From a candidate division FCPU426 bacterium (lineage in GTDB: Bacteria > Oederibacteriota > Muellerivitia > Muellerivitales > Muellerivitaceae): a DNA stretch of 64,000 bases. The stretch covers positions 41,298 to 105,297 of the forward strand of contig CAVTWJ010000021.1 of the NCBI GenBank assembly GCA_963738405.1. The letters are read 5' to 3'. Of this stretch, positions 48,120-58,421 are shown piece by piece. The notes under the pieces are model-generated. The model worked only from the letters and a program-made list of their open reading frames with translations. It was not told where the DNA came from and searched no databases. Position 1 is the first letter of the stretch. Every line of letters starts with the position of its first letter. The position numbers and the translations under genes were made by a program.

Positions 48120-49943
48120 TTAGTGCGTCGACGAAGTGGCCATGACCCCAGGACCCGGAGGGTGTGGCGTGCGCCAGCCAGGTTCTAACGACTCGGATTC
48201 AACGAGCTTTTTGCCCTTCAAGACATCCTTGATTCCCGCAACGATATGCTTGGGCTCGAAAGGCTCGCCGTCGTACTTTCGGACATTGGCAGTGGCCGTG
48301 ATGCCTGTTTCAGCCCGCAAATGGCGGGCAAATTGGCCCGACTTGTTCATTTCCACGACGATGATATTTTTCTTATGCTTCAAGATCTCGGTGATTTCCT
48401 TTTCCTGGAAAGGCACCAGGTACTTGACCGATAGATGGTTAACCTTGATTCCCTCTTTATTCAACCGCTCGACGGCCTCACTTGCCGCTCCATGGGTTGA
48501 ACCGTAAGTTACGATCGTGGTATCAGCGTCCGCGGGACCTTCCAGTTTGGGTTTGGGCAAAGCGGCCAAAACCGACTGCATTTTACGCTCGCGCTTATCC
48601 ACAACCTTCTTGCGAGTAACGGGGTCGGTATAGACGTCAGAGATGGTGACTCCGTCCTCGTCATGCTCGTCGGTGGCGGAAACGTACAGGTGGTTCGGGA
48701 GTCCTGGGATGGCCCGGGGCGACACACCCGAGGGGGTGTCCTTATAACGAAGGTAGGTTTTGGGCTTTCCGTCATCCTCGAAGATCATCTCACCGCGGTC
48801 GATCTTGAACTCGCGATCGAGAAATGAGGTTTCCAGGGTCATATGGCCCTCGCTCATCAGCAGGTCGGACAGGATGAGAACCGGCATCTGGAATTTTTCG
48901 GCGTAGTTGAAGGCTTCTTCCATGGTGGTGTAACAATCGGCGATAGAAGTAGGCGCGATGATCACGCGCTGGAAGTCACCCTGGGAGGCCCCGATTGCCT
49001 GGTTCAGGTCGCCCTGTTCTTGCTTGGTCGGAAGACCCGTGGAGGGCCCGCCGCGCATGACATTGATCATCACGACCGGGATTTCCATGATAGAGGCCAT
49101 GCCGATAGCTTCGGTCATGAGGGCGAATCCACCGCCCGAGGTGGCGCACATGGCGCGCACGCCCATTTGGCCCGCTCCGATGGTCATGTTAGCAACGCCG
49201 ATTTCATCTTCCACTTGGCGGACGCAGATACCCAGGTCCTTGCCGTGTCCCGCCATCCAATGAAGGACTCCGGTGGCCGGGCTCATCGGATAGGCGCAAT
49301 AAACTTTGCAGCCGGCGTTGGCCGCGCCGAGGGCCAGCATATTGTTGCCGTGAACCATGGCCAACTTGGCCGGAGTTTTACCGAGGGGGTTGGCGATTTT
49401 CTTGTAGGTCTTCACCGCAAAATCGTAGCCGGCCTTGGCGGCATCAATGTTGGCCTTGACGACCTGAGGTTTCTTTTTAAAGGTATGTTCGAAGACGGAA
49501 GAGAGGGATTCAAACTCCAGCCCCAAAAGTCCGGTGAGAGCTCCGAGAGACACAGTGTTCTGCATGATCGGAAGGGCGTCCTTCCCCGCCAGCTCGAAAA
49601 CCGGGAGAGGGCAGAGTTGAACTCCCTCAGGGGCCTTTCCAGGCTTTACCTTGTCGCCGTTGTAGACGCAGATGCCGCCGGACTTGAGTTCCTGCAGGTG
49701 GCGGTCCATTGAATCTTGGTTCAGGGCGATCATCGCGCCCACTTGGTCACCGACGTTGGTGACGTTCTTGGTTGAAATCCGAAGACGTATCCAGGAATGG
49801 CCGCCTCGGATCAGGGATTGGTAGCTCGTATAAACGTAAACGAAAAGTCCTTGCCGGGCGGAAGTCAAAGCCAAGTTGTCCCCGGTGGAAGCGCCCCCGT
49901 CTCCGGCCGCACCACCGATTCCTATAACGATTTCATTTTCCAT
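48120..49943 (-). CDS. korA: 2-oxoacid:ferredoxin oxidoreductase alpha subunit (gamma-alpha fusion)
   Basis: GGAAGDG, IRGGHS, YPMSP, EDEI, TSGGG, RGGPSTGLPT. Confidence 0.88.
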   Translation of the reverse strand: MENEIVIGIGGAAGDGGASTGDNLALTSARQGLFVYVYTSYQSLIRGGHSWIRLRISTKNVTNVGDQVGAMIALNQDSMDRHLQELKSGGICVYNGDKVKPGKAPEGVQLCPLPVFELAGKDALPIMQNTVSLGALTGLLGLEFESLSSVFEHTFKKKPQVVKANIDAAKAGYDFAVKTYKKIANPLGKTPAKLAMVHGNNMLALGAANAGCKVYCAYPMSPATGVLHWMAGHGKDLGICVRQVEDEIGVANMTIGAGQMGVRAMCATSGGGFALMTEAIGMASIMEIPVVMINVMRGGPSTGLPTKQEQGDLNQAIGASQGDFQRVIIAPTSIADCYTTMEEAFNYAEKFQMPVLILSDLLMSEGHMTLETSFLDREFKIDRGEMIFEDDGKPKTYLRYKDTPSGVSPRAIPGLPNHLYVSATDEHDEDGVTISDVYTDPVTRKKVVDKRERKMQSVLAALPKPKLEGPADADTTIVTYGSTHGAASEAVERLNKEGIKVNHLSVKYLVPFQEKEITEILKHKKNIIVVEMNKSGQFARHLRAETGITATANVRKYDGEPFEPKHIVAGIKDVLKGKKLVESESLEPGWRTPHPPGPGVMATSSTH

Positions 49944-50067
49944 TAACAGATTCCTCCCCTGAAAATTGATCTTTCGATGATTATATTAGAAGGATTTTCT
50001 TCAAACCTTCACCCCAGGTCCGCGGCAAAAGGGCACGGCGGACACCTGGAAACAAACTAGGGGGAGC

Positions 50068-50097
50068 ATATTACCCTTTTATCTTAAATATTCGCAA
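50068..50097 (-). promoter_or_regulatory. Putative sigma70 promoter of korAB
   Basis: TTGCGA-N18-TAATAT, followed by a leader hairpin at about 50014-50049. Confidence 0.45.
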
Positions 50098-50194
50098 TAC
50101 CCAGCAAAACAAAGGGCACTTTCAACGCCGGTCAGGGAATACAAGATTTGGTAGCCGATTGATTAAAGAACCCCACGCAATCCTGTCGGAAAAA

Positions 50195-51211
50195 TTACTT
50201 CTCCACGGAAGAAACTTTTCCCATCAAGACAAAGGATTGGGTCGGAATCAATTTTAAATCAGCGGAATAAGATTCAAGGGAAAGCAGGCCGATCCCCTTG
50301 GCATAATATCGGTAAAAAGAACCAACTTTCTTACTGTCCTTCATGTCTTTTTCTTCCACAATCACGCAATCGGAATAGGATTTTTTAAGGACCTTCGCCG
50401 GGCCAAGGGTGGCTTTAAAAATTCGCAATAACTCCCCATCGGTTTGTTTCCAAATCGTCGGTTGGGTCGAAACGGGCATCTTCAAGATGAAATCGCCTGA
50501 CTTTTGTTGATCAACAGCCGAGCCGCGTTCAATTCCATCCTCCGTCATAACCAATTGGTTAAGAATGGGAGACCCGGACTCGGTATTTTCAAACGTAACA
50601 CGCGTCGATCCATCCACGTTCTCTTTAAAATCCACGCACTTGACCCTAAAGTGGCGGGGCGCGGTTTCATTCTTTTCGGCCTTTAAGTAGACGAACTCCA
50701 TCGTTTGGCCTGGGTTCACGGGAAAATAATCATAAAGTCCTCCCCTTGGAACTGCCACCCCCGGCGCAACCTGATGAGTTGGAATAAGGGTCGCGTGCGG
50801 AGTCTCCAATGGGGTTGAATAAGGTGATGGAGAGGGCGAGGGTAAGGCGTTAACGAATGGGCTCGGCGTTGAGGTCGGTTCTAAAGGAAGAGGCGTATCC
50901 GTAAACGTTGGCGGCAACACAAGGGGGGCATTAGGTGTCGCGGTAGGCGCTATGGGAATGGGAATATCTGTCGGGGTCGGAGGGTTTCCTTGATCCGTGG
51001 ATTTTTCCCCGAGGGATCTCCTCAATTCCTCATCGGAGGGTATTGGAACGGGGGTTCCTGTGTCCGGAGGAGGCATAACCTCAGAAACTTCGGTGGGAAT
51101 GATGGGGACCGGAGGCTCCGGGTCGGCCCAAGCAAAACCCGCCACGTTTAAACCCACAAGGATAAAAATAATATGATTAGCCCATTTCATTTTTTCGCCT
51201 GGCCTTCCCAT
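50195..51211 (-). CDS. Secreted protein with Pro/Thr-rich N-terminal linker and beta-rich C-terminal domain
   Basis: Signal peptide ending AWA, PT-rich stretch, DYFP...YYAKGIGL; true start possibly at MKWAN. Confidence 0.7.
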   Translation of the reverse strand: MGRPGEKMKWANHIIFILVGLNVAGFAWADPEPPVPIIPTEVSEVMPPPDTGTPVPIPSDEELRRSLGEKSTDQGNPPTPTDIPIPIAPTATPNAPLVLPPTFTDTPLPLEPTSTPSPFVNALPSPSPSPYSTPLETPHATLIPTHQVAPGVAVPRGGLYDYFPVNPGQTMEFVYLKAEKNETAPRHFRVKCVDFKENVDGSTRVTFENTESGSPILNQLVMTEDGIERGSAVDQQKSGDFILKMPVSTQPTIWKQTDGELLRIFKATLGPAKVLKKSYSDCVIVEEKDMKDSKKVGSFYRYYAKGIGLLSLESYSADLKLIPTQSFVLMGKVSSVEK

Positions 51212-51279
51212 CGTTTTCTAAAAAACCTGATTTCACCTAAAGAGATCAATCCAATTTTAGGGGAAGACAAATAGACGGG

Positions 51280-51741
51280 TTAATCAAATCCATAAAATGA
51301 ATAGGGCACATTTTTAGAATCTTGCACGGTGCTGTTAACGTAAACAATTCCATTGGTGCTATCGTATAACCAGCCAACGCCGCCGCCCGTTGGAACCTGG
51401 GCTTGGGACGTCATGGTCACCTTATTCCCAACTGGAGAAGGTGAGCCAGATACAAAAAAACCCGTGGTGTGTACCGCTGATATGGAATCCATATATTTGC
51501 TGAAGGAATAGACCTGAGAAGTGTTCAAAGTGCTTGGCCAAACACCTTGTTGATCCCCGTAGTACATGCAAGCCGATGCTTTGAGGCTTCCTAGCGTACC
51601 TTTCGTGGCCCCTTCGCGTGATTTTTCCAACATCTGCGCGAATTTAGGAATGGCGATCGCGGCTAAAATTCCAATGATCGCCACCACGATCATTAATTCG
51701 ATCAAAGTAAATCCACCGGCTTTCCGGTTGGAAATCCTCAT
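51280..51741 (-). CDS. Type IV pilin / type II secretion pseudopilin-like protein
   Basis: Prepilin motif KAGG|FTLIELMIVVAIIGILAAIAIP. Confidence 0.9.
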   Translation of the reverse strand: MRISNRKAGGFTLIELMIVVAIIGILAAIAIPKFAQMLEKSREGATKGTLGSLKASACMYYGDQQGVWPSTLNTSQVYSFSKYMDSISAVHTTGFFVSGSPSPVGNKVTMTSQAQVPTGGGVGWLYDSTNGIVYVNSTVQDSKNVPYSFYGFD

Positions 51742-51857
51742 ACCCTTACCCCCTAAAAGCCTTCTAACTTCCGCAAGACAATGAAGCTGACCCGACCCCT
51801 ATTTTAGCTTAATTGTGGCCGAATTTGGGCTATCAGAGGATGAATTTCAGGTTGTTA

Positions 51858-52160
51858 TTAACCTTTCAATCGGTTTTCAACGCTTTTGACCTTATCTTCT
51901 ATGGTCTGGGATTTATCGGTTCTTGTGCCAAATTTTAGCGTGGTGGTAATTCGAGGGGCTCCCATTTTATGAACTTCTTCGTGGCAGCGTTTGATGGCGC
52001 CAAATACCTCGTCCCATTCTCCCTCGATGTTGGTTCCATAGGCATGCAGATGGGTTTTCAATCCGGTTTCTTTCAATACTTTCTCGCATAAGGCCACATA
52101 TTCAGAGACTGAAACCCCTACTCCTAAAGGAACCACGCATAAATCCGCGATCACGCGCAT
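51858..52160 (-). CDS. MTH1187/YkoF-like thiamine-binding protein (UPF0045)
   Basis: VVPLG...SVSEYVA, HAYGTNIEGEWDEV, RTDK; GAGGAGG RBS. Confidence 0.92.
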   Translation of the reverse strand: MRVIADLCVVPLGVGVSVSEYVALCEKVLKETGLKTHLHAYGTNIEGEWDEVFGAIKRCHEEVHKMGAPRITTTLKFGTRTDKSQTIEDKVKSVENRLKG

Positions 52161-52264
52161 GTCAAACCTCCTCTTTTAACCGATAATCTCCTGGAAAGGA
52201 TGGTTTACCAACCTTTGAATCAGGAATCAACCCTTCGGCGATCGCCGGGAAGTGATATCTCGTT

Positions 52265-53395
52265 ATGAATAAAACCCTAAAGAGGGTTCTCGGAATTACT
52301 CTTCTCGTCAAACTTTCTCTGTTGGGGATTATTTTCCTTGGATACCACCTGTTTTCGTTTCAAACCGGGAACTATCTGGCCAATTTTCACAATCCAAGCC
52401 AGGTTACGCCCAACCTCCTAACGGCCTATCAAACCTGGGACGCACAACACTACCTTAACTTAGCTATAAATGGTTATCGGCCTAATGCTCCCAGCGATGC
52501 TTTTTATCCGCTTTTCCCCTACCTAATTCATTTCCTCACTTACATCACAGGGCTAAAACCATGGATAGGAGGACTCCTTTTGTCCAACCTGTTGGCCCTT
52601 CTCGCCTCGGCATTTTTGTTTCTGTTGGTCAAGGATCTCAAAGATGAAAAAACCGCATTCCGTGCCTGCATTTGGTTACTGGCATTCCCCACCGCTTTTT
52701 ACTGCGGCCTCATTTACACCGAATCTCTTTTTCTATGCCTTGTGACAGCTTTCTATTATTTTTCCCAAAGGGATTTACGGCTTCCGACCCTTTCCTGCGC
52801 TTTTTTGCTTTCCCTGTCCCGTCCTACAGGGGTTCTGGTGGCTCTAACTCTTTTGGCAGGCCACAAAACAAAACAGGGATATTCCGAGAAACCCTATCTC
52901 AATAGGTTATTAACCATTCTCGCTTATCTTCTCGGGTTTGCCTCTTACTTATGTCTCATGTATTTTTGGACCGGGGATTTCTTTTCCGGATTTTCAGCCC
53001 AGCGCTTTTTTATTTCCCACAACCAGTTTTTGAACTTTTTAAACCCTTGGAATTGGTTTATCGAAAACTTTATCAAAAACAGGTACACCTGGAATGGGCC
53101 TCAAACCAGCTTCTTTAACCGGGCGGTCTTCTTGGGAGTTTTATCGACCCTGCCCTTTATTTATCGGCACATCGGAAGGAATTTTTTTATTTACACCCTG
53201 GTGTTGGGTTTAGTGCCGGCCCTATTAAGCGATTTAATGAGCTACATCCGTTATGCGTACGTTCTTTTTCCCCTATTTATTTTGGCAGCGATCAATTTCC
53301 ACGAGCGCCCCTACGCAAAATTTATTTTCCTTAGCTGTTGGTTGCTGCAATTCGTTTTATTGACCCTTCATTCATTGAATTATTGGGTAGGATAA
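52265..53395 (+). CDS. PIG-V-like (GT76-type) GT-C mannosyltransferase
   Basis: WDAQHYLNLAINGY, AFYPLFP, YTESLF, RPTG; AT-rich relative to neighbours. Confidence 0.85.
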   Translation: MNKTLKRVLGITLLVKLSLLGIIFLGYHLFSFQTGNYLANFHNPSQVTPNLLTAYQTWDAQHYLNLAINGYRPNAPSDAFYPLFPYLIHFLTYITGLKPWIGGLLLSNLLALLASAFLFLLVKDLKDEKTAFRACIWLLAFPTAFYCGLIYTESLFLCLVTAFYYFSQRDLRLPTLSCAFLLSLSRPTGVLVALTLLAGHKTKQGYSEKPYLNRLLTILAYLLGFASYLCLMYFWTGDFFSGFSAQRFFISHNQFLNFLNPWNWFIENFIKNRYTWNGPQTSFFNRAVFLGVLSTLPFIYRHIGRNFFIYTLVLGLVPALLSDLMSYIRYAYVLFPLFILAAINFHERPYAKFIFLSCWLLQFVLLTLHSLNYWVG

Positions 53396-53431
53396 AAGGT
53401 CCGGAGAAAAATCGGGTTTTGAGTGGTGATT

Positions 53432-54868
53432 TTAAAAAGGAAATTTAAGAAAGCCCAAGAGGAGGGTTCCGAGGGCGCAGAGAAAAACCGCCGCAGCAAC
53501 TCCTGAGCTCAGGAACGCTCGATCCTCTGCCCCTTCCGGTTTTTGGTAAATGGCCGCTCCCACTCTTAAGTAATAAAAAGCCGAGAGAAAACTGTTTAAG
53601 ACCGCCACGATCACCAGACCCACCTGGCCCTCATCGACCGCCAGTTTAAAAAGATAGTATTTCCCGAAAAACCCCGCCGTGGGGGTCATGCCCGCGAGGG
53701 AAAAGAGGAAAAGGGCCAATGCCCCGCCCACCCAGGGATAGTGGAGTCCAAAACCCCGGTAATCGCTGATTTCCAACCTTTCCCCTCCGGCGGACCAGGC
53801 GCCCTTGGGAACCGCCCAAGCGATAATCCCAAAGGCCCCTGCCGTCATGAAGGTATAGGCCAAAAGATAAAAAGCCACTGCCCTTTCAACTTGATCGGAA
53901 GGCGCTGAAGCCGCCACCGACAAACCCACCAAAAGGTAACCCGCATGGGCCACGCTGGAAAATCCCAACAGGCGTTTGAGGTTGGTCTGGTGCAGCGCTC
54001 CCAGGTTCCCCACCGTCATAGTCAAAACCGCTAAAACCCCAAGAACGGACGCCCACGGCCCCTGCAGGCCCATCGCCTCCACAAAAATGCGGGCGAGAAT
54101 TCCCACCGAGGCCGTTTTCACACCTGTTGAAAGCAAGGCTGAAACCGGGGCCGGCGCGCCATCATAAACGTCGGGGGCCCAGGCGTGAAAAGGTACCGCC
54201 GCGATCTTGAACCCAAACCCAACAAGAACTAGTCCCGCTCCCAAAGCCATGAGAAGGGGGGATTTCCCCAATTCCAACGCGTGTCGAAGATCCACAAACC
54301 GCAAGGAGCCTGAAGCCCCGTAAAAGAGTGCGACTCCGTACAACAGAAAACCAGAGGCAAAAACCCCGCTTAAAAAATATTTAAGAGCCGCCTCCACCGA
54401 ACGGGGCCGATTGCGCAGATAGCCCGCCAGCGCATAGGAGGAAAGGGACATCAATTCCAGACCCACAAAGAGGGTTAAAAAGTCCGCCGAAACCGCCAAC
54501 ACGATCATTCCGGAAACGGCCAAAAGAAGAAGGGCATAATATTCACCCGTCACGGCCCTTTCCCTCTCAAGATAGGAAACCGAAAAAAGGCAGCAAAGCA
54601 GCCCTGAGACCAGACAGGCTCCGGTAAGGGTCGAGGAATAGATATCCACCACCGCGCAGCCGTTGAACAAAAGACCGGGAAGAGGTCTTTGCGATATCAA
54701 ATGGAAAACCGAGGCAATGGCGGCCACCAAGAAAGCCCCAGCCAAAACGGGTGACGAACGACGGCCAGCTTCTTTCCCTAAGGCTTCCAACAGAAGCAAC
54801 AACATGGCGCCAAGGGAAATAATCCAAAGGGGAGCCAAACCCGCCAAGTCCAAGTAGGAAATACTCAT
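53432..54868 (-). CDS. nuoN: NADH-quinone oxidoreductase subunit N
   Basis: EAALKYF, FKIAAVPFHAWAPDVYDGAP; operon position. Confidence 0.95.
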   Translation of the reverse strand: MSISYLDLAGLAPLWIISLGAMLLLLLEALGKEAGRRSSPVLAGAFLVAAIASVFHLISQRPLPGLLFNGCAVVDIYSSTLTGACLVSGLLCCLFSVSYLERERAVTGEYYALLLLAVSGMIVLAVSADFLTLFVGLELMSLSSYALAGYLRNRPRSVEAALKYFLSGVFASGFLLYGVALFYGASGSLRFVDLRHALELGKSPLLMALGAGLVLVGFGFKIAAVPFHAWAPDVYDGAPAPVSALLSTGVKTASVGILARIFVEAMGLQGPWASVLGVLAVLTMTVGNLGALHQTNLKRLLGFSSVAHAGYLLVGLSVAASAPSDQVERAVAFYLLAYTFMTAGAFGIIAWAVPKGAWSAGGERLEISDYRGFGLHYPWVGGALALFLFSLAGMTPTAGFFGKYYLFKLAVDEGQVGLVIVAVLNSFLSAFYYLRVGAAIYQKPEGAEDRAFLSSGVAAAVFLCALGTLLLGFLKFPF

Positions 54869-56394
54869 TTCCCGTTCCCTTGCGAGTTTTGTTTGACTTC
54901 CTGTTCAAAACGCTGGCGGGCGGCGAAATCCGTCATTTCCGGAGGGGGCTTAAGCCTTTCCACCACGTTCATTTGCAGCGATTTCTCGATGGGCCGAAGA
55001 ATGTTGTTGGGGAACAGGCCCAGTCCCAAAACCAGTAGGGCCAGAGGAATTAAGGACAGGGTTTCTTCGAAGCTCAAATCAGGCGCTGGCGCAAGCTTGG
55101 GGTTCTTGGGCTGCCCAAAAAACAACCGGCCGAAAAGGTTGAAAAAGTACCACGCGGAAAGGATAAACCCGGCGAGGGCTGCGGCGGCAAAAAGAGCGTT
55201 GGCCTTGAAAAGCGAAACCAGCACCAAAATTTCCCCCACAAAACCCGCCAGACCCGGCAGCCCAACCGCCGCCGCCATCATCCAAAGAAAGAAAACCGCC
55301 AAGAGGGGTGAGCTTTGGGCCATCCCCCCGAATTCAGCCATCTCCCTGGTACCCCGCCGATCTTCCACGTATCCCAACAAAAGGAAAAGCCCGGCCATGT
55401 AAATCCCATGGGCCACTAGGAGAAAAATCCCGGCCTGTAATCCCGCCGGGGTAAAGGTTAGAAGCCCCAGAAAGGCCATTCCCATATGGGATAGGGACGA
55501 ATAGGCGGCTAAACGCTTGAAATCGGTTTGGATGGTGGCCATCAGGGCTCCATGCAGCAAACCAGCCAAGGCTAATACCATTAGCCAGGGCGCGAAAGCC
55601 TTCGTGGCGGCTGGAAAAAAGGTGGGGCAGAATCGGAGGAACCCATAGGCGCCCAGTTTAACCATCAAAGCCGAAAGCATCACGGTCGTACCGGCGGGCG
55701 CCTCCGCATAGGCATCGGGAAGCCATCCATGCAGGGGAAATAGGGGAACCTTGATGAGAAAGGCCAGGGCGAACCCCAGAAAGCACCAGAATTGGATATC
55801 CTCGGAAAAGTGATGGTCCATGAGAACACCAAAATCAAAACTATGGGCCTCATGGGTGATATAGAGAAGGGCTACCAGCATTAGAAGGGATCCGAAGAGA
55901 GTGAATAGCACAAACTTCACGGTGGCTTTCACCCTGCCAGGACCGCCCCAAACCCCGATCAGGAAGAAAACGGGAATCAACATAAGTTCCCAGAAAAGAT
56001 AAAAGAGGAAAATGTCCCGCGCGGCCAAGGTTCCCAGCATGGCGGATTCCAAAAGAAGAAGACAGGCGAAATAACCCCTCACGTTTTTTTGGATGCTCGA
56101 GAAACTCCCCAAGACCACCAGGGGGGTCACCAGAACGGTTAAAAGCACGAACCAAAGGGATAATCCATCCAACCCCAGGCTGTAATGAATCCCCAAGGAA
56201 GGAAGAAGGGAAAAGTCTTCTTTGAATTGAAAACCTCCGTTAGAAATGTCAAACCCGGTCAGAAGAGGGTAGGAGAGTGCCGAAACGGCCAGCGAGGCCA
56301 AAAGGGCCAGCACTTTGGATCCCTTTGGCACCGGCGATAGGGCGGAGAAAAAAGCGGCCAGGGCCGGTATGAAAATCATGAGCGTTAGAGTCAA
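54865..56394 (-). CDS. nuoM: NADH-quinone oxidoreductase subunit M
   Basis: FYLFWE, IKVPLFPLHGWLP, GLPGLAGFVGE. Confidence 0.95.
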   Translation of the reverse strand: MTLTLMIFIPALAAFFSALSPVPKGSKVLALLASLAVSALSYPLLTGFDISNGGFQFKEDFSLLPSLGIHYSLGLDGLSLWFVLLTVLVTPLVVLGSFSSIQKNVRGYFACLLLLESAMLGTLAARDIFLFYLFWELMLIPVFFLIGVWGGPGRVKATVKFVLFTLFGSLLMLVALLYITHEAHSFDFGVLMDHHFSEDIQFWCFLGFALAFLIKVPLFPLHGWLPDAYAEAPAGTTVMLSALMVKLGAYGFLRFCPTFFPAATKAFAPWLMVLALAGLLHGALMATIQTDFKRLAAYSSLSHMGMAFLGLLTFTPAGLQAGIFLLVAHGIYMAGLFLLLGYVEDRRGTREMAEFGGMAQSSPLLAVFFLWMMAAAVGLPGLAGFVGEILVLVSLFKANALFAAAALAGFILSAWYFFNLFGRLFFGQPKNPKLAPAPDLSFEETLSLIPLALLVLGLGLFPNNILRPIEKSLQMNVVERLKPPPEMTDFAARQRFEQEVKQNSQGNGK

Positions 56395-56434
56395 AAAATC
56401 CTCTTTTAAATTAAATTCAAAACAATCGGCCTAT

Positions 56435-58417
56435 CTAACGAAGGACCAGATAAACCAGCAGGGCCGCGCCCAGAGCCACATAGGCCAGGTAAACCCGTAC
56501 TAACCCCACTTGGGTTTTTTGGATATTCCTGCCAATCCAGGCACCCAACCGGGCCACGGCATCCAGCAGGCGGTTCACCAGCAGGTTTTCCACCAGATAG
56601 TTGGAAACTGCTCCGGCGAACCATTTCACCCACCTCACCACGGTCGTTTCGTAAATCTCATCCACGTAGTATTTTTGTTCGAGCGCCTTGGGCCCGCCGG
56701 GTATGAGCTTCAAAAGTTTCGGGCTCAAAACGTGTTTCCAGCCGTAAACATACCAGGCCGATCCCACCCCCAAAAAAGCCACCAGGAGGGAAAGAAACAT
56801 CAGGATGGGTTCCATGCGCGGACTCAAGGCGTTAGGCTCCAGGGAGGACAACCGGAAAAGAGGCTCCAGAAACTTGCCCAGGCTGTTTCCGCCGCCGATG
56901 GCCTCGGGTGTTCCGATCCATCCGACTGGCAGGGAAAGCACCGCCAAAAGAAGAAGGGGCCAAGTCATGACGCGGGGTGATTCATGCAAATGACGCAAGG
57001 CTTCCGGTCCTCCTTTATACTCGCCAAAAAAGACCATCGCGACCAAACGCGTCATGTAAAAGCCAGTGAGAAAGGCTGTAAAAAGCCCTATGAAGTAAAG
57101 AATCTCCGGAAGGGGCGAAAAGAGGGGATTCAGGGTGGCCAGGGTGCGCCAAAGAATTTCATCCTTGCTAAAGAAGCTCCCGCAAAAAGGAATGACACCC
57201 GTCAAAGCGAGCCACGAAAGCAAAAAGGCCAGACTGGTCAAGGGCAGGTGCTTTAAGAGCCCGCCCATCTTGCGCATGTCCTGTTCCCCGCCCATGGCGT
57301 GGATCACTGAGCCCGCCCCCAGAAAAAGGGCGGCCTTGAAGAATCCGTGGGTTATCAGATGAAATATCCCGGCCCCATATGCGCCCACTCCCACTCCCAT
57401 AAACATGTATCCCAATTGTGAAATAGTGGAATAAGCCAATACCTTTTTAATGTCGTTTTGGGCCAAGGCGATGGAGGCCGCCAAAAGGGCCGTCAAGGCC
57501 CCCAGAACCGCCACCACTAAAGAGGCCCAGGGAGCCAAGACATAAAGAAAATGAAGCCGGGCGATCAGATAAACACCCGCCGTCACCATGGTGGCCGCGT
57601 GAATCAGGGCGGAAACGGGAGTGGGGCCCGCCATGGCGTCCGGCAACCAAACATATAGGGGGATCTGGGCTGATTTCCCAGCGGCTCCAAAGAAAAAGCA
57701 CAGGCAGGCCAGGGTGGCCGCGGCCTCGCTAAAAACCAGCTTGTGTTCCTGCAATGCCTCGAAATTGAGCGTACCCGCCAAGGAAAAAACCACCAACAAT
57801 CCAGCTAAGAAACCCGCGTCGCCGATGCGGTTGACGATGATGGCTTTTTTCCCCGCCGCAGCCTTGGCTTCGTCGGTAAACCAGAAACTGATCAAAAGGT
57901 AGGAGCAAAAGCCCACGCCCTCCCAGCCCATGAAAAGAAGAAGGAGATTATCCGCCATCACCAGTACCAGCATGGAAAAGAGAAAGAGATTCATATAGGT
58001 GAAGAACCGGCCGAATCCCCGGTCTCCCTTCATGTAGCCGGCCGAGTAAAGATGGATCAGACTGGAAACAAAGGTGACAAAGACCACCATGACCATCGAA
58101 AGGGCGTCCAGTTGAAGCGAAAAACGGGCCTGAAAAACCGGAGTATCCATCCAAGTGCCCAGGTCCTGGGCAAACACGCTGCTTTCGGGAAGGGACCGGA
58201 ATTGGGTAAAGGCGGTCCAGGCCGCGAGAAAAGACCCAAAGGCACCCGCGCAGCCAATGAGGCTATAGAGCCATTCCGGAATAAGACCGGGCTTGTTGCG
58301 GGTCAAGAGGGTGAGCAGGCCGTTCAAAACAAAACCAAAGAGGGGCAGGGCCGGAATCAACCAGAGCCACCCATAGGGCACCATCGAAATGGCCTGCAGA
58401 TGTTCCATGTTCAGCAA
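56435..58417 (-). CDS. nuoL: NADH-quinone oxidoreductase subunit L
   Basis: GWEGVG, KSAQIPLYVWLPDAMAGPTPVSALIHAATMV. Confidence 0.96.
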   Translation of the reverse strand: MLNMEHLQAISMVPYGWLWLIPALPLFGFVLNGLLTLLTRNKPGLIPEWLYSLIGCAGAFGSFLAAWTAFTQFRSLPESSVFAQDLGTWMDTPVFQARFSLQLDALSMVMVVFVTFVSSLIHLYSAGYMKGDRGFGRFFTYMNLFLFSMLVLVMADNLLLLFMGWEGVGFCSYLLISFWFTDEAKAAAGKKAIIVNRIGDAGFLAGLLVVFSLAGTLNFEALQEHKLVFSEAAATLACLCFFFGAAGKSAQIPLYVWLPDAMAGPTPVSALIHAATMVTAGVYLIARLHFLYVLAPWASLVVAVLGALTALLAASIALAQNDIKKVLAYSTISQLGYMFMGVGVGAYGAGIFHLITHGFFKAALFLGAGSVIHAMGGEQDMRKMGGLLKHLPLTSLAFLLSWLALTGVIPFCGSFFSKDEILWRTLATLNPLFSPLPEILYFIGLFTAFLTGFYMTRLVAMVFFGEYKGGPEALRHLHESPRVMTWPLLLLAVLSLPVGWIGTPEAIGGGNSLGKFLEPLFRLSSLEPNALSPRMEPILMFLSLLVAFLGVGSAWYVYGWKHVLSPKLLKLIPGGPKALEQKYYVDEIYETTVVRWVKWFAGAVSNYLVENLLVNRLLDAVARLGAWIGRNIQKTQVGLVRVYLAYVALGAALLVYLVLR

Positions 58418-58421
58418 GGCG

